In this document: piece by piece, positions 17,454-26,740 of the stretch
Layout of the letters: the number at the start of each line of letters is the position of its first letter
Numbering within the stretch: the stretch's first letter is position 1
From: an uncultured Acidimicrobiia bacterium
GTDB taxonomy: Bacteria; Actinomycetota; Acidimicrobiia; Spongiisociales; Spongiisociaceae
Direction of reading: 5' to 3'
Assembly: GCA_958295745.1 (NCBI GenBank)
Contig: OY282370.1
Coordinates: 1,031,990-1,095,989 of the forward strand
DNA length: 64,000 nucleotides
Notes under the pieces: generated by a model
Told to the model about the DNA's origin: nothing
The model's input: only the letters and a program-made list of their open reading frames with translations
Databases searched by the model: none
Made by a program: the position numbers and the translations under genes

Positions 17454-18221
17454 ATGACCTCGGACCGTTTCGATCTGTCGGGTGAGCGGGCCCTGATCAC
17501 CGGGGCGGGCGGCGGCCTCGGTCTGGCCATGGCCCGGGCGTTCGCCGAGCACGGGGCCCGGGTGGCGATCCTCGACAAGAACCCGGCCGCGGCGGCCGAC
17601 GCCGCCGCCCGGATCGAAGCGTCGGGGGGCTCGGCCCTCTCCTTGGGGACCGACGTTACCGACCGGGGCGCCGCCGAGGAGTCGGTGGGAACGGTGATAG
17701 ATGCCTGGGGCGGGCTGGACATCCTCGTCAACAACGCCGGGGTGGGCCGGCTGGGCCCCGCAGAGGAGGTCCCGATGGAACGGTTCCGCCTGACCTACGA
17801 GGTAGACGTCTTCGCTCCTTTCGCTTTCTCCCGGGCCGCCTTCCGCCCCATGTCCTCCCAAGGCCGGGGATGCATCATCAACACGGCCAGCATCGCCGGC
17901 CTCAAGGCGCTCCACCCCGACCGGGACATCGCCTACCACTCGGCCAAGGCGGCTCTGATCATGTTCACCCGCGCCCTGGCCGTCGAGTGGGCCGAGCACG
18001 GGATACGGGTGAACGCCATCGCTCCGGGATTCATGCGCACCCGCCCGGCGGTCGAATCGACCCACCCCGTGGCCTGGGACCACCACCTGTCCAGGATCCC
18101 CCTGGGGCGGCCCGGCCTCCCCGAAGACATCCAAGGCGCCGCCGTATACCTGGCCTCCCCCGCCGCCGCCTACGTGACCGGAACCGTGCTGGTGGTGGAC
18201 GGCGGCAACATGGGCATGTAA
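17454..18221 (+). CDS. SDR-family short-chain dehydrogenase/reductase
   Basis: ORF 17259..18221, start at ATG 17454 (MTSDRFDLSGERALITGAGGGLGLAMA). NNAG, catalytic YHSAKAAL, C-terminal VDGGN. Confidence 0.8.
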   Translation: MTSDRFDLSGERALITGAGGGLGLAMARAFAEHGARVAILDKNPAAAADAAARIEASGGSALSLGTDVTDRGAAEESVGTVIDAWGGLDILVNNAGVGRLGPAEEVPMERFRLTYEVDVFAPFAFSRAAFRPMSSQGRGCIINTASIAGLKALHPDRDIAYHSAKAALIMFTRALAVEWAEHGIRVNAIAPGFMRTRPAVESTHPVAWDHHLSRIPLGRPGLPEDIQGAAVYLASPAAAYVTGTVLVVDGGNMGM

Positions 18222-18242
18222 CGGCGGGAAGAGGGGCGCCGT

Positions 18243-19055
18243 TTACGAGCCTCTACGGGCGTTCCCATCGGAAGCCGGGGCGGACCCGCCCGGAATGGCC
18301 TCTATCAGATCCCTCGTGTACTGATGGGAGGGATTGCGGAAGACCTTCCCGGTGGCCCCGGCCTCGACCACCGCGCCGTTGCGCATCACGTACATCCGGT
18401 CGGCGAAGTCGCGCACCAGCCGCAGGTCGTGGGTGATGAACAGTATCCCCAAACCCCTCTCCTCCCTGATCCGGGTAAGCAGGGCCAGCATCTGGGCTTG
18501 GGCGGACTGGTCGATCGAGGAGGTCGGCTCGTCGGCGATCAAGATGTGCGGTTCCACCGCCAAGGCCCTGGCGACGCTGACCCTCTGCCGCTGGCCGCCG
18601 GACAGGCTGCGCGGGCGGAGAAAGGCCTGCTCCTGGGTTATACCGACCTCGGCCAGCATGTCCAGAGCCGCCGAACGGGCCTCCTGCCTCGAACGGGAAT
18701 GCCAGACCCTGAAGACCTCGGCCACCGCCTGGACCGCCCGCTGTCTGGGGTTGAGGCTGGAGTACGGATCCTGGAATATCATCTGTATCCGCGAGCGCAC
18801 CTCCCTCGGAAGACCCCTCACGGAGGTCACCAGGGGCCGGCCGTCGTACCGGACCTCCCCGGAGGTGGGGCGATGGAGGACCGCCAGCACCTTCCCGACC
18901 GTGGTCTTGCCGCTCCCGCTCTCCCCCACCAGACCCACCACCTCCCCCCGCTCGACCCGGATGTCCACTTGATCGACCGCCCGGAAGGCGGACCCCCCGC
19001 GACCGAAAACAACGATGAGGCCGCTGCCGACGAGGCCGCCGTTCGGGGTGCTCAT
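18243..19055 (-). CDS. peptide/nickel-type ABC transporter ATP-binding protein (DppF/OppF-like)
   Basis: ORF track gives a 571-aa frame. The real start is MSTPNGG... at 19055 (ATGA overlap with the upstream ATPase stop). Walker A GESGSGKTT, signature LSGGQRQRV, Walker B ILIADEPTS. Confidence 0.8.
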   Translation of the reverse strand: MSTPNGGLVGSGLIVVFGRGGSAFRAVDQVDIRVERGEVVGLVGESGSGKTTVGKVLAVLHRPTSGEVRYDGRPLVTSVRGLPREVRSRIQMIFQDPYSSLNPRQRAVQAVAEVFRVWHSRSRQEARSAALDMLAEVGITQEQAFLRPRSLSGGQRQRVSVARALAVEPHILIADEPTSSIDQSAQAQMLALLTRIREERGLGILFITHDLRLVRDFADRMYVMRNGAVVEAGATGKVFRNPSHQYTRDLIEAIPGGSAPASDGNARRGS

Positions 19056-20098
19056 CCGGGCGCTCCGGCTTCCCCGGAACGGTTCCCTCCGCCCTCGGAC
19101 ATGGCCGAGGCAAAGGTGCAGGCCGTGAGCCGGCCCTCCACCTCGACCGGCAGGGGTTGGGATCCCGTGGAGCACCGGCCGTGCACATCCCCCTCGCCGA
19201 CCCGCAGGGTGAGGCTGCACCGCGGCCAGAAACGGCACCCGGTCGGCCAGGCCCCCACGCTGGGCGCCTCCCCCGGTATCGGTTCGAACCCGCCGGCGAT
19301 GTCCATGCTGGCCGCGGCCACCAGCCCCGCCGTATAGGGATGGCGGGATCGGCGCCGTATGGCCTCCTGCGATCCGGCCTCCATGACGGCGCCGGCGTAC
19401 AGCACCACGATCGAGTCGCACACTTCCTGCACCACCGCCAGATCGTGGGAGACCAGCAACAGGGACATGCCGAGCTGGTCCCGCAGCCTGCGCAGCAGGT
19501 CCAGGATCCTCGCCTGGACCCGCACATCCAGGGCGGTGGTGGGCTCGTCGGCGATGAGCAGAGACGGAGAGCGGGCGAGCGCCCCGGCTATGACCACCCT
19601 CTGGCGCATGCCGCCCGACAGCTGATGGGGCCGCTCGTTCATGACCGAATCCACCCGGGGGATCTCGACCATCTCCAACAGATCCCGGGCTCTCGATCGG
19701 GCCGAGCCTCCGCCGGTGATCTCGGACTTGGCGATCTCGGACTTGGCCGACCGGATCAACCCGGTCAGCTGCTTGCCCACGGTCAGCACCGGGTTGAGGC
19801 CCGCCAGCGAGCTCTGGGGGACGTAGGCGATCTTCCGCCCCCGCACCCGGCGCCACACGGATTCGGGCGCTCCGACCAGCTCCTCCCCTTCGAACCGGAT
19901 CGAACCTCCGGTCACCGCGGCGCTGTGCCGGTGCAGTGTGCCGACCAGGGCCCGGCACAGCATCGACTTGCCGGACCCGGACTCCCCCACCAAGCCGACC
20001 GCCTCGCCCATCTCCACGCCGAGGGTCACCGTGTCGACCACGGGGATGCCCTCTTTGTGGACAGTCAGCCCGATGGACAGATCCTCGACCGCCAGCAC
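19052..20098 (-). CDS. peptide/nickel-type ABC transporter ATP-binding protein (DppD/OppD-like)
   Basis: 348 aa. GESGSGKS, LSGGMRQRV, LLIADEPTTALD. C-terminal oligopeptide-ABC extension with Cys cluster. Contains a 15-bp in-frame tandem duplication (AKSEI x2, ~19727-19756). Confidence 0.8.
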   Translation of the reverse strand: MLAVEDLSIGLTVHKEGIPVVDTVTLGVEMGEAVGLVGESGSGKSMLCRALVGTLHRHSAAVTGGSIRFEGEELVGAPESVWRRVRGRKIAYVPQSSLAGLNPVLTVGKQLTGLIRSAKSEIAKSEITGGGSARSRARDLLEMVEIPRVDSVMNERPHQLSGGMRQRVVIAGALARSPSLLIADEPTTALDVRVQARILDLLRRLRDQLGMSLLLVSHDLAVVQEVCDSIVVLYAGAVMEAGSQEAIRRRSRHPYTAGLVAAASMDIAGGFEPIPGEAPSVGAWPTGCRFWPRCSLTLRVGEGDVHGRCSTGSQPLPVEVEGRLTACTFASAMSEGGGNRSGEAGAPG

Positions 20099-20153
20099 GC
20101 CGCTCAGGCCTCCGCCGCAGGAAGGGTGCGGGCCGAGACGGACACCTTCACCT

Positions 20154-20978
20154 TCACGCCACCAGGGTCTTGGAGGTGCGCTGGCCGATCCCCGCCGCGA
20201 TGAGCGCCACCCCCAGGGCGGTCACCGACAGGAGCACCCCCGGGAACAGGGCCGGCCACCATGCATTGATGATGAACAGCCGGCTGTCGTTCAGCATGCT
20301 GCCCCACTCCGGGGTGGGCGGTTGGACCCCGGCGCCCAGGAACGAGAGCCCGGCGATGGCCAGGAACACCACCACAAAGTCGCTCACCGCGTAGGCGATG
20401 GTTATCGGCATCACGTTCGGGGTCACGTGGAAGCCCAGTATCCGGAACCGCCCGTAGCCGAGGCAGCGGCCGGCCTCCAGGTAGTCCATCTCCCGGATGG
20501 CCAGGGCCCGCCCGCGGGCGACCTTGGCGTAGCGGGCCCAGGCGGTCAGGAACAACCCCAGGAGAATCCCCCTCATCCCCCTGCCGAAAGCGGCCACCAG
20601 CGCTATGACGATGATGAGGGTGGGGAAGGCGTTGATCACCTCGATGGCCAGGTCGCCGACGTACTGGACGATCCGGCTTCTGGTCACCCCGATGATCGAG
20701 CCGACCGCGGTGCCTACGAGCAGGGGGACCGCCACGGCCACTGCGGCGAGGGCGATGTCTATGCGGGCGGCGGTCCAGGTCCGCACGAACACGTCCCGCC
20801 CCAGGTGGTCGGTGCCGAACCAGTATTCGGCGGAGGGCGGGACGTTGGTGTCCGGGCCGCCCCGCAGCGGATCGTGCGGGCTCAACATCGGTATGACGAT
20901 CGAAAGGAGGACGATGGCGGCGACCAGCCCGGCGCCGAAACGCAGGCCGAAGGGCAGCGCCCGCCACCGGGCCCCCAT
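20154..20978 (-). CDS. ABC transporter permease (DppC/OppC-like)
   Basis: ORF track frame is over-extended to 576 aa. The plausible start is MGARWRALPFG at 20978 (16-nt overlap with the upstream permease). Multi-TM, binding-protein-dependent permease signature region. Confidence 0.7.
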   Translation of the reverse strand: MGARWRALPFGLRFGAGLVAAIVLLSIVIPMLSPHDPLRGGPDTNVPPSAEYWFGTDHLGRDVFVRTWTAARIDIALAAVAVAVPLLVGTAVGSIIGVTRSRIVQYVGDLAIEVINAFPTLIIVIALVAAFGRGMRGILLGLFLTAWARYAKVARGRALAIREMDYLEAGRCLGYGRFRILGFHVTPNVMPITIAYAVSDFVVVFLAIAGLSFLGAGVQPPTPEWGSMLNDSRLFIINAWWPALFPGVLLSVTALGVALIAAGIGQRTSKTLVA

Positions 20979-20992
20979 CCGCCGCGCCGCGG

Positions 20993-21988
20993 TCACGACA
21001 TCACCCGCGCCCGGGGGTCGATCACCGCCGCCAGGGTGTCGGCGAGGAAGTGGACGGCCACCACTATGAACCCGAAGATGAACAGGGTGCCCTGAACGAC
21101 CGGATAGTCGCGGGCCAGGACGCCCCTCACCAGGTAGGTGCCGATCCCCGGCAGCACGAACACCGTCTCCACGATGACGGCCGCCGCCAGGTAGGCGCCC
21201 ACGATGTATCCCATCAGCCCAATGACGGGCGCTATGGAAGGGCGCACCAGATACCTCCACATGAAGGCGGTCTTGTCGATCCCCCACACCAGGCCCGTCT
21301 CCACGAACTCCTCGGTGTAGGTCTCCCTGATCGACTCCTGGAGGACCCTCCCGAAGATCATCCCGATCGGGATGCCCGTGACGACGGCGGGCAGGATCAG
21401 GTACTTGATGTTCTGCGGGAAGGCGTACTCGTACCCCGCCACCGGCACCCAGCGCAGCCAGACCGCGAACGGCAGGAGCAGCAGCACCCCCGAGACGAAG
21501 ACCGGGGTGGCGATCAGGGCCGACGACAGCAGGTTGAAGCTCAGCCGGTACAGATTGGAGCGGGTCAGGCCCCCTACGACACCCAGCGGGAGGGCGATGA
21601 TAACGGCCACCAGCATGCCGAACCCGGTGAGCCACAGGGTGACCGGAAGCGTGTCGCCGATCCCGGTCAGCACCGGCCTCGTGGTCATGATCGAACGGCC
21701 GAAATCGAGCTTCAGCAGGTCGCTCATGTACCCGAGGTACTGGTTGACGAACGAACCGGTCAGGTGGAGCTCCTCCCGGAGCCGCTGTATCCTTTCCTCG
21801 CTGGCCAGGTCGCCCAGCAGCACCGCCACGGGGTCCCCCGGGACTATGCGGACCAGGGCGAAGGCCACGAGCGACACGCCCCACGCCACCAGGACCGCCC
21901 TGAGCAGGCGTCTGGCCACGGCGGCGGCTACCCGCTCTTTCCTCTGCTCCAGCTCCTCCGCCGGGGCGTTCACCGTCTCAGTCGTCAT
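20993..21988 (-). CDS. ABC transporter permease (DppB/OppB-like)
   Basis: 331 aa. N-terminal IVPGDP motif. Six predicted TM segments typical of DppB/OppB. Confidence 0.75.
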   Translation of the reverse strand: MTTETVNAPAEELEQRKERVAAAVARRLLRAVLVAWGVSLVAFALVRIVPGDPVAVLLGDLASEERIQRLREELHLTGSFVNQYLGYMSDLLKLDFGRSIMTTRPVLTGIGDTLPVTLWLTGFGMLVAVIIALPLGVVGGLTRSNLYRLSFNLLSSALIATPVFVSGVLLLLPFAVWLRWVPVAGYEYAFPQNIKYLILPAVVTGIPIGMIFGRVLQESIRETYTEEFVETGLVWGIDKTAFMWRYLVRPSIAPVIGLMGYIVGAYLAAAVIVETVFVLPGIGTYLVRGVLARDYPVVQGTLFIFGFIVVAVHFLADTLAAVIDPRARVMS

Positions 21989-22149
21989 GAGCCTCTCGAC
22001 CGGTCTTTCTCAGTGATCTCAGGGATGGATTCGGACGGGCGGCGGGCGGCGGGCGGTGTCCGGCCCCCCGTGTCGGGGGCGGCCCAGGAAGGCGTCGATG
22101 CCGACACCGCTCCGGGGCCGCCGCCGGGTCCGGGTCCGGGGTTGTCCGA

Positions 22150-24051
22150 TCAGCTCGCCGTGACGATCCAGAGGTTCTGGGAAGCCGGTATGACCTGCAG
22201 GGTGTCCAATGGAAGGCGGCTGCCGACCAGGACGGCCCGCTCGCCGACCGGGCAGTAGTTCGCCCCGGCCTCCCAGGCCGCCCGCTGGATATCGGTCTGC
22301 AGACGCTGGGACTCCGCCGCGTCGCCGGTCGACATGGCCACCCCCAGCTCCTCGATCATCCGGGTCACGTCCGGATCGCCGAAGGCCACCGAGTTCGACC
22401 AGAAGTTGTCCGGGTAGTAGATGGTGGTGAGGATGGTGAGGTTGTCGCCTCCGCCGCCCACCCACTGCACGTCGTAGTCCCGGTTGATGAGGGACTGGAT
22501 CGCCACCGCGTCCTCCACGGGCTGGACCTCGGCGGTCACGCCGATGTCGGTCCACTGCTCGGCCACGATGGTCGCCGCGTCCGTCCAGCCGGGCCGGGCG
22601 CCCCAGGTCTGGAGCGGTACGGAGAACCCGTCCGGGTAGCCCGCTTCGGCCAGCAGCCGGCGGGCCTCGTCCAGATTCCGCTCCAGGGGTATCACATCCT
22701 CGTACTCCCACTCGGTCCTGGAACGGGACAGCACGCCCCCCACCGGCTCCGCCGTGCCCAGGAAGGCCCGCTCGCTGATCTCATTGCGGTCGATCGCATG
22801 GCACAGCGCCTTGCGGACCCGCACGTCGGCCAGCGCGCCGGGCGAGTCGCTGCGGATGGCTATCCAGAAGACGCCGCCGATCGGATGGATGATCTGGTTC
22901 ACATCGTCGGGCAGGTCGGCCCGGACCGCCACCGGGATGTCGAAACCGACCTGGGCCGCTCCGGTGCTCACCTGAAGGAGCCGGGAGATCGGGTCCGTCG
23001 CCGACGACAGCACCAGTTTCCGGATGGCCGGCGGGCCGGCGTGGTAGTTCGGGTTGGCCTCGAGGGTCATGGTCGGGGATCCCGGGAACCACTCGGTGAC
23101 CATGTACTGGCTGGCGCTCACCGGCTTCTCGAAGTACTCGACGGGGTCGGCCAGCACCTGCTCGTGCGGGTGCAGGGGCAGCACCTCGCTGCAGACGACC
23201 TTCTGGGAGAAGCAGTTGAACGGCTGGGCAAGGTTGTAGACGATGGTCCGGTCGTCGGGGGCCTCGGCGGATTCCAACGCCACCAGCTGCCCGCCGAAGG
23301 GTCCCTCCGCCTTGGCCCGTTCGAGCGTCACCACGGCGTCCTGGGCGACTACGGGAGTGCCGTCGGAGTAGACGAGGTCCGGCTTCAGCCTGATGGTCAT
23401 CGTCAGCCCGTCGTCGGAATAGGTCGGGAAATCCTCGGCGAGGTCCGGTACGTAGGTGCCGTCTCCCAGATACCTGTACATGTAGCCGCCGAACGCCAGC
23501 AGACCGGCCATGTGGGCCGGGGCCACGTACGGGGCCCGGGCATAGTCGGCCTGGGCCACGAGGCTGGGGGTGCTCACGACCACTTCGTCGAGCATCATGG
23601 CCATGGCGTCCGGCTGGGTGGTGGTCGTGGTGGCGGCTGCCTGCGCGGCGGCCTCACGGGCTTCCTCGGCGGCCTGCTCGGCCGCTGCCTGGGCCTCTTC
23701 GGCCGCTTCCAGATCAGCCTGCGCCTGAGCCAGCGCCGCCGCGGCCGCGTCGGCTTCCGCCTGAGCCGCTTCGTCGCCTTCCATGGCTGCTTCGGCCGCT
23801 GCCTGGGCCGCTTCCATATCGGCCTGGGCCTGGGCCAACGCCGCCGCGGCTTCGGCGGCTTCTTCTTGCGCCGCCGACGCTTCTTGCCGCGCCGTTGCCG
23901 CTTCCGCCGCTGCTGCTTCCGCCGCGAGGCGGGATGCGTCATCCGCCTCCGACGTGTCGTCCCCTCCCCCGCCGCACGCCGCGGCGACCAAGGCAAAAAC
24001 GAGCAACAACCCTACGAGTGTGCGGATACGAACCGGATGCGCCGCCATCAT
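22150..24051 (-). CDS. ABC transporter substrate-binding lipoprotein, SBP family 5 (Dpp/Opp-like) with long Ala/Glu-rich N-terminal linker
   Basis: ORF 22150..24390. Start is at MMAAHPVRIRTLVGLLLVFALVAAACGG (24051), preceded by GGAGAGGAGGA. About 110 aa of AEAQ-rich low complexity is followed by the family-5 SBP fold. Confidence 0.75.
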   Translation of the reverse strand: MMAAHPVRIRTLVGLLLVFALVAAACGGGGDDTSEADDASRLAAEAAAAEAATARQEASAAQEEAAEAAAALAQAQADMEAAQAAAEAAMEGDEAAQAEADAAAAALAQAQADLEAAEEAQAAAEQAAEEAREAAAQAAATTTTTQPDAMAMMLDEVVVSTPSLVAQADYARAPYVAPAHMAGLLAFGGYMYRYLGDGTYVPDLAEDFPTYSDDGLTMTIRLKPDLVYSDGTPVVAQDAVVTLERAKAEGPFGGQLVALESAEAPDDRTIVYNLAQPFNCFSQKVVCSEVLPLHPHEQVLADPVEYFEKPVSASQYMVTEWFPGSPTMTLEANPNYHAGPPAIRKLVLSSATDPISRLLQVSTGAAQVGFDIPVAVRADLPDDVNQIIHPIGGVFWIAIRSDSPGALADVRVRKALCHAIDRNEISERAFLGTAEPVGGVLSRSRTEWEYEDVIPLERNLDEARRLLAEAGYPDGFSVPLQTWGARPGWTDAATIVAEQWTDIGVTAEVQPVEDAVAIQSLINRDYDVQWVGGGGDNLTILTTIYYPDNFWSNSVAFGDPDVTRMIEELGVAMSTGDAAESQRLQTDIQRAAWEAGANYCPVGERAVLVGSRLPLDTLQVIPASQNLWIVTAS

Positions 24052-24349
24052 GTCCTCCTCTCCCGCCTCCCCGAATGCCCGAGGCGGCTGCATGACAATG
24101 CTTGCGACCTTGTGAATATAGCCGCTCGATCTCCGCACCGTCCGGAGGAGGGCAGATTTTTGTCGTCCGGGGATGCGGTCGCGGCAGAGGGGGGCAGGGG
24201 CCGCCAGCGTATAGCCGCAGCAGGCCGGAGGTGAGGGCAACGACGGCGGCCCGGAGTTGGATGGCTGATCTCTTCGGGTTTGGAGGGAACGGGGCGATTT
24301 GGGTGGAGGGGTTCGAGTCGTTGCTGGGATCCCCCGGGAAGTCATCAAG

Positions 24350-24360
24350 CCCCCCCCCCC
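24350..24360. repeat. homopolymeric C11/G11 tract
   Basis: Eleven consecutive C. Lies ~295 nt upstream of the family-5 SBP start, in the tcmP-SBP intergenic region. Confidence 0.9.
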
Positions 24361-24466
24361 GGCTTGCCGGTGTGGGCCCCTGCCCCGCACGGTAACAATA
24401 ACGTGTGTAACCTGCCGTCCGAAGCCTGGCCGGAGAAGGATAACAAGACCCCTCCCCTTCAGTCAT

Positions 24467-25510
24467 TTAAAGAGGCATAGCCAGCTGTGATCCGGGTTGT
24501 AGTTCGGTGATATCGGTAGACTCTCTCTCACATAAACTAGGACGAGATGGTGGCTCGTGTTCATAGAAATATTCATCAGACCGTACCGGGGCATATAGTT
24601 CTTCATCATCCAGATCAAGGAGAGGATTCTGCCCTCTGCTTTCGTATTCTATCTGCCTGCGTAGTCTTCGCGCCTCTGCTCTCATCTTCGGGAACTCCCT
24701 AGCGGCTTTAGCATAAATATCTCTCATAATGCGGTTGCCGGCCTCGTGATCGGTGGCGAAGATCATGTAATATATTATGGAGCCTGGTTCATTTAAGACT
24801 TCAATAGAGTGTGTCCATCGATATCCGAGGTTCTTCTCAAGTCTCCATCGCATTAGGTTTAGATATTCATCTCGCGCTTGAGACGGACTAATCTCTTTTC
24901 TGAGGCGCGCATGATAGATACAAAGCCAGTCTTCCGTACCGTACATTCGATCGATCTTTATAGCATTAACATCGCTAACTCTTGAACCATCATCAACTGG
25001 TAACGTTCTGATAAACATCGGTGCAGCAAATAATAAGAATAATTCGGCCTTCCATTTTCGTCCCTTTTTAAACTGTGCTAAAGCCTTAAGAGTCCGCCAT
25101 TCTGCTTGCATACCGCTGGGATCAACAAAGGCAAAGGTCGGAGCCCGGTTCCACTCCCTTAATATATTTAGCTCCGACGGAATTCGTTCATTACAGTCCC
25201 CACCGATTACCTTCAAATCTCTACCAGGATACTTTGCTAGAAGGGCCTTCTTAAGTCTTGGAGCTTTGTCCTCTTTTTCAAAGAATCTGAGCCGAGTAAA
25301 GGGGGGATCATCAATTGACAGAGCGATAGCCGCTGATCCCTTTAGTGACTCGCCTGTCAGTCTATCTATATTCTCTGGCTCACCTGCAAAAGCATCAATA
25401 TATATCCTCTCGAATGCCTTGTTCTTAGTCGCAGTTGTAAACGCGTCTAGGTAACGCTGCAGGATATCCAGTTTTCCTCTTGTCCAGTAACCCCAAGCAC
25501 GACCCGGCAT
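24467..25510 (-). CDS. tcmP: three-Cys-motif partner protein TcmP-like, with amino-methyltransferase-like DPPF motif
   Basis: ORF 24467..25642. Start placed at ATG 25510, 8 nt after the stop of the upstream DUF5131 gene. Markedly lower GC than the flanks. Contains ERIYIDAFAGEPEN and AIALSIDDPPF, which resembles motif IV of beta-class N6A/N4C DNA methyltransferases. The family name is recalled from memory and needs a profile search. Confidence 0.55.
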   Translation of the reverse strand: MPGRAWGYWTRGKLDILQRYLDAFTTATKNKAFERIYIDAFAGEPENIDRLTGESLKGSAAIALSIDDPPFTRLRFFEKEDKAPRLKKALLAKYPGRDLKVIGGDCNERIPSELNILREWNRAPTFAFVDPSGMQAEWRTLKALAQFKKGRKWKAELFLLFAAPMFIRTLPVDDGSRVSDVNAIKIDRMYGTEDWLCIYHARLRKEISPSQARDEYLNLMRWRLEKNLGYRWTHSIEVLNEPGSIIYYMIFATDHEAGNRIMRDIYAKAAREFPKMRAEARRLRRQIEYESRGQNPLLDLDDEELYAPVRSDEYFYEHEPPSRPSLCERESTDITELQPGSQLAMPL

Positions 25511-25518
25511 AACTATCT

Positions 25519-26268
25519 CTAAACCCCCTCCCTGAGTGCCGGCATCTCGTCGTGGAAGGCGCCGTCGAGTTCTCTTCCGCCAGCTTTGGGGGTGCGGCCG
25601 CCCCACTGCTTGAAGAAGAAGGCCACGCCCTCCGCCCGGCATCGGTCCCGGAGGCCGCGGACCCAGGCTTCGTTCATCGGTCTGGCGTTGTGGCCGCTCT
25701 CACCGCCTGCGATCAGCCATTGGATCGACGAGAGGTCCAAGCTCGGAAGCGGACCGAGCAGGGGTTCGGCGCTGACGAACCGCACCGCCGCTTTGACCTC
25801 GCGCAGGTGATCCACCCTGAAGGTGTAGCGGTCGTTCTCTACGCTCACGCCCATCCAGACGTTGGGAGGCCAGTCCAGGCAGGGCGCAAGCGAGGCGAGC
25901 CGCTTGGAGCGCTTGGTGAGTATCTGGTAGGTATGCCGGGGCGTATCGGCCATGACATCGAAGACACGCCGGATGAAGTCCAACGGCACCCCCGGATGGA
26001 ACAGATCGCTCATCGAGTCCACGAACACGAGCCGCCGCGACCTCCAACCGTAGGGCGCGGCCAACGTCTCCTCGTGCAGGGTCAGAGCGAAGCCCGGTCC
26101 GCTGGTCCTGGGATCCCCGTCGTTCTGGTACTTGGCCAGCCCCATCGCCTTGAGGCGCTTGGCGAGCGTGAGCGCGTAACAGTTGTCGCACCCGGCCGAG
26201 ACCCGATCACAGCCCGTGGTGGGATTCCACGTAGCGTCGGTCCACTCGATCCTCGACCCGTTGCTCAT
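25519..26268 (-). CDS. phage Gp37/Gp68-family (DUF5131) three-Cys-motif protein
   Basis: ORF 25519..26298, likely start MSNGSRIEWTDATWNPTTGCDRVSAGCDNCYA (Cx6CxxC) at 26268. Tightly coupled to the downstream tcmP-like gene. Confidence 0.6.
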   Translation of the reverse strand: MSNGSRIEWTDATWNPTTGCDRVSAGCDNCYALTLAKRLKAMGLAKYQNDGDPRTSGPGFALTLHEETLAAPYGWRSRRLVFVDSMSDLFHPGVPLDFIRRVFDVMADTPRHTYQILTKRSKRLASLAPCLDWPPNVWMGVSVENDRYTFRVDHLREVKAAVRFVSAEPLLGPLPSLDLSSIQWLIAGGESGHNARPMNEAWVRGLRDRCRAEGVAFFFKQWGGRTPKAGGRELDGAFHDEMPALREGV

Positions 26269-26435
26269 GGCCTCCTTCCCTTCGCCGCCAAGCCACATTC
26301 AATATAAAGGCCGGGTATGACATTTCAAGAACCGATCCTGTCTGCGGCGTCCTTCGAGGACGGCCCCCTCTACCTTCCAAGATTTTCGGGCCGGGAGGAG
26401 TGGGAAAAAAATCTCGCCGGGGCGGTACGACCCCC

Positions 26436-26465
26436 TTGACCTATGACACACCCTTCCTATATACT
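26436..26465 (+). promoter_or_regulatory. near-consensus sigma-A-type promoter inside repeat leader (TTGACC - 16/18 nt - TATATA/TATACT)
   Basis: Sequence is cccccTTGACCtatgacacacccttccTATATACTaactatcat. In this copy nothing coding follows. Confidence 0.5.
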
Positions 26466-26696
26466 AACTATCATAGAGCACTCGACAGGGGAAGCCGTAC
26501 AACAAGGGAGCGCAAGCCGACATGTCACAGCCCCTCGATACGGTTACAGACACAGACAACAAACATCACCGCAAAGTCCGCGGAACGCGGTGATCGAACA
26601 GCGAGTCCGGCCCGCAACCCCGCCGGGGGAACCGGGGACGGGCGAGCAACAAGCCAAAACCGAAAACCCAGACCGGGAACCGGGACAGGCCGCCGC

Positions 26697-26740
26697 GCCC
26701 GCCCCGCCCTGAGACCTTGGTGGTGGAGGCGGGGGCGGGC
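26697..26740 (+). other. GC-rich hairpin (gcccgcccc ... ggggcgggc, ~9-10 bp stem) within repeat
   Basis: Inverted repeat seen in both repeat copies (also ~31547-31590). Confidence 0.4.

Noticed and set aside
18243-21884. Over-long ORF-track frames 18243..19958 (571 aa) and 20154..21884 (576 aa)
   Set aside because: The N-terminal halves are Arg/Gly/Pro-rich extensions overlapping the upstream genes. Family-consistent starts (MSTPNGG at 19055, MGARW at 20978) give normal-length ATPase and permease proteins.
24470-25510. Possibility that the low-GC tcmP-like gene is a separate, unrelated insertion rather than an operon partner of the DUF5131 gene
   Set aside because: Only 8 nt separate the upstream stop from its ATG, and the two families are known to co-occur. 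The compositional difference is instead recorded as evidence of foreign origin of the module.
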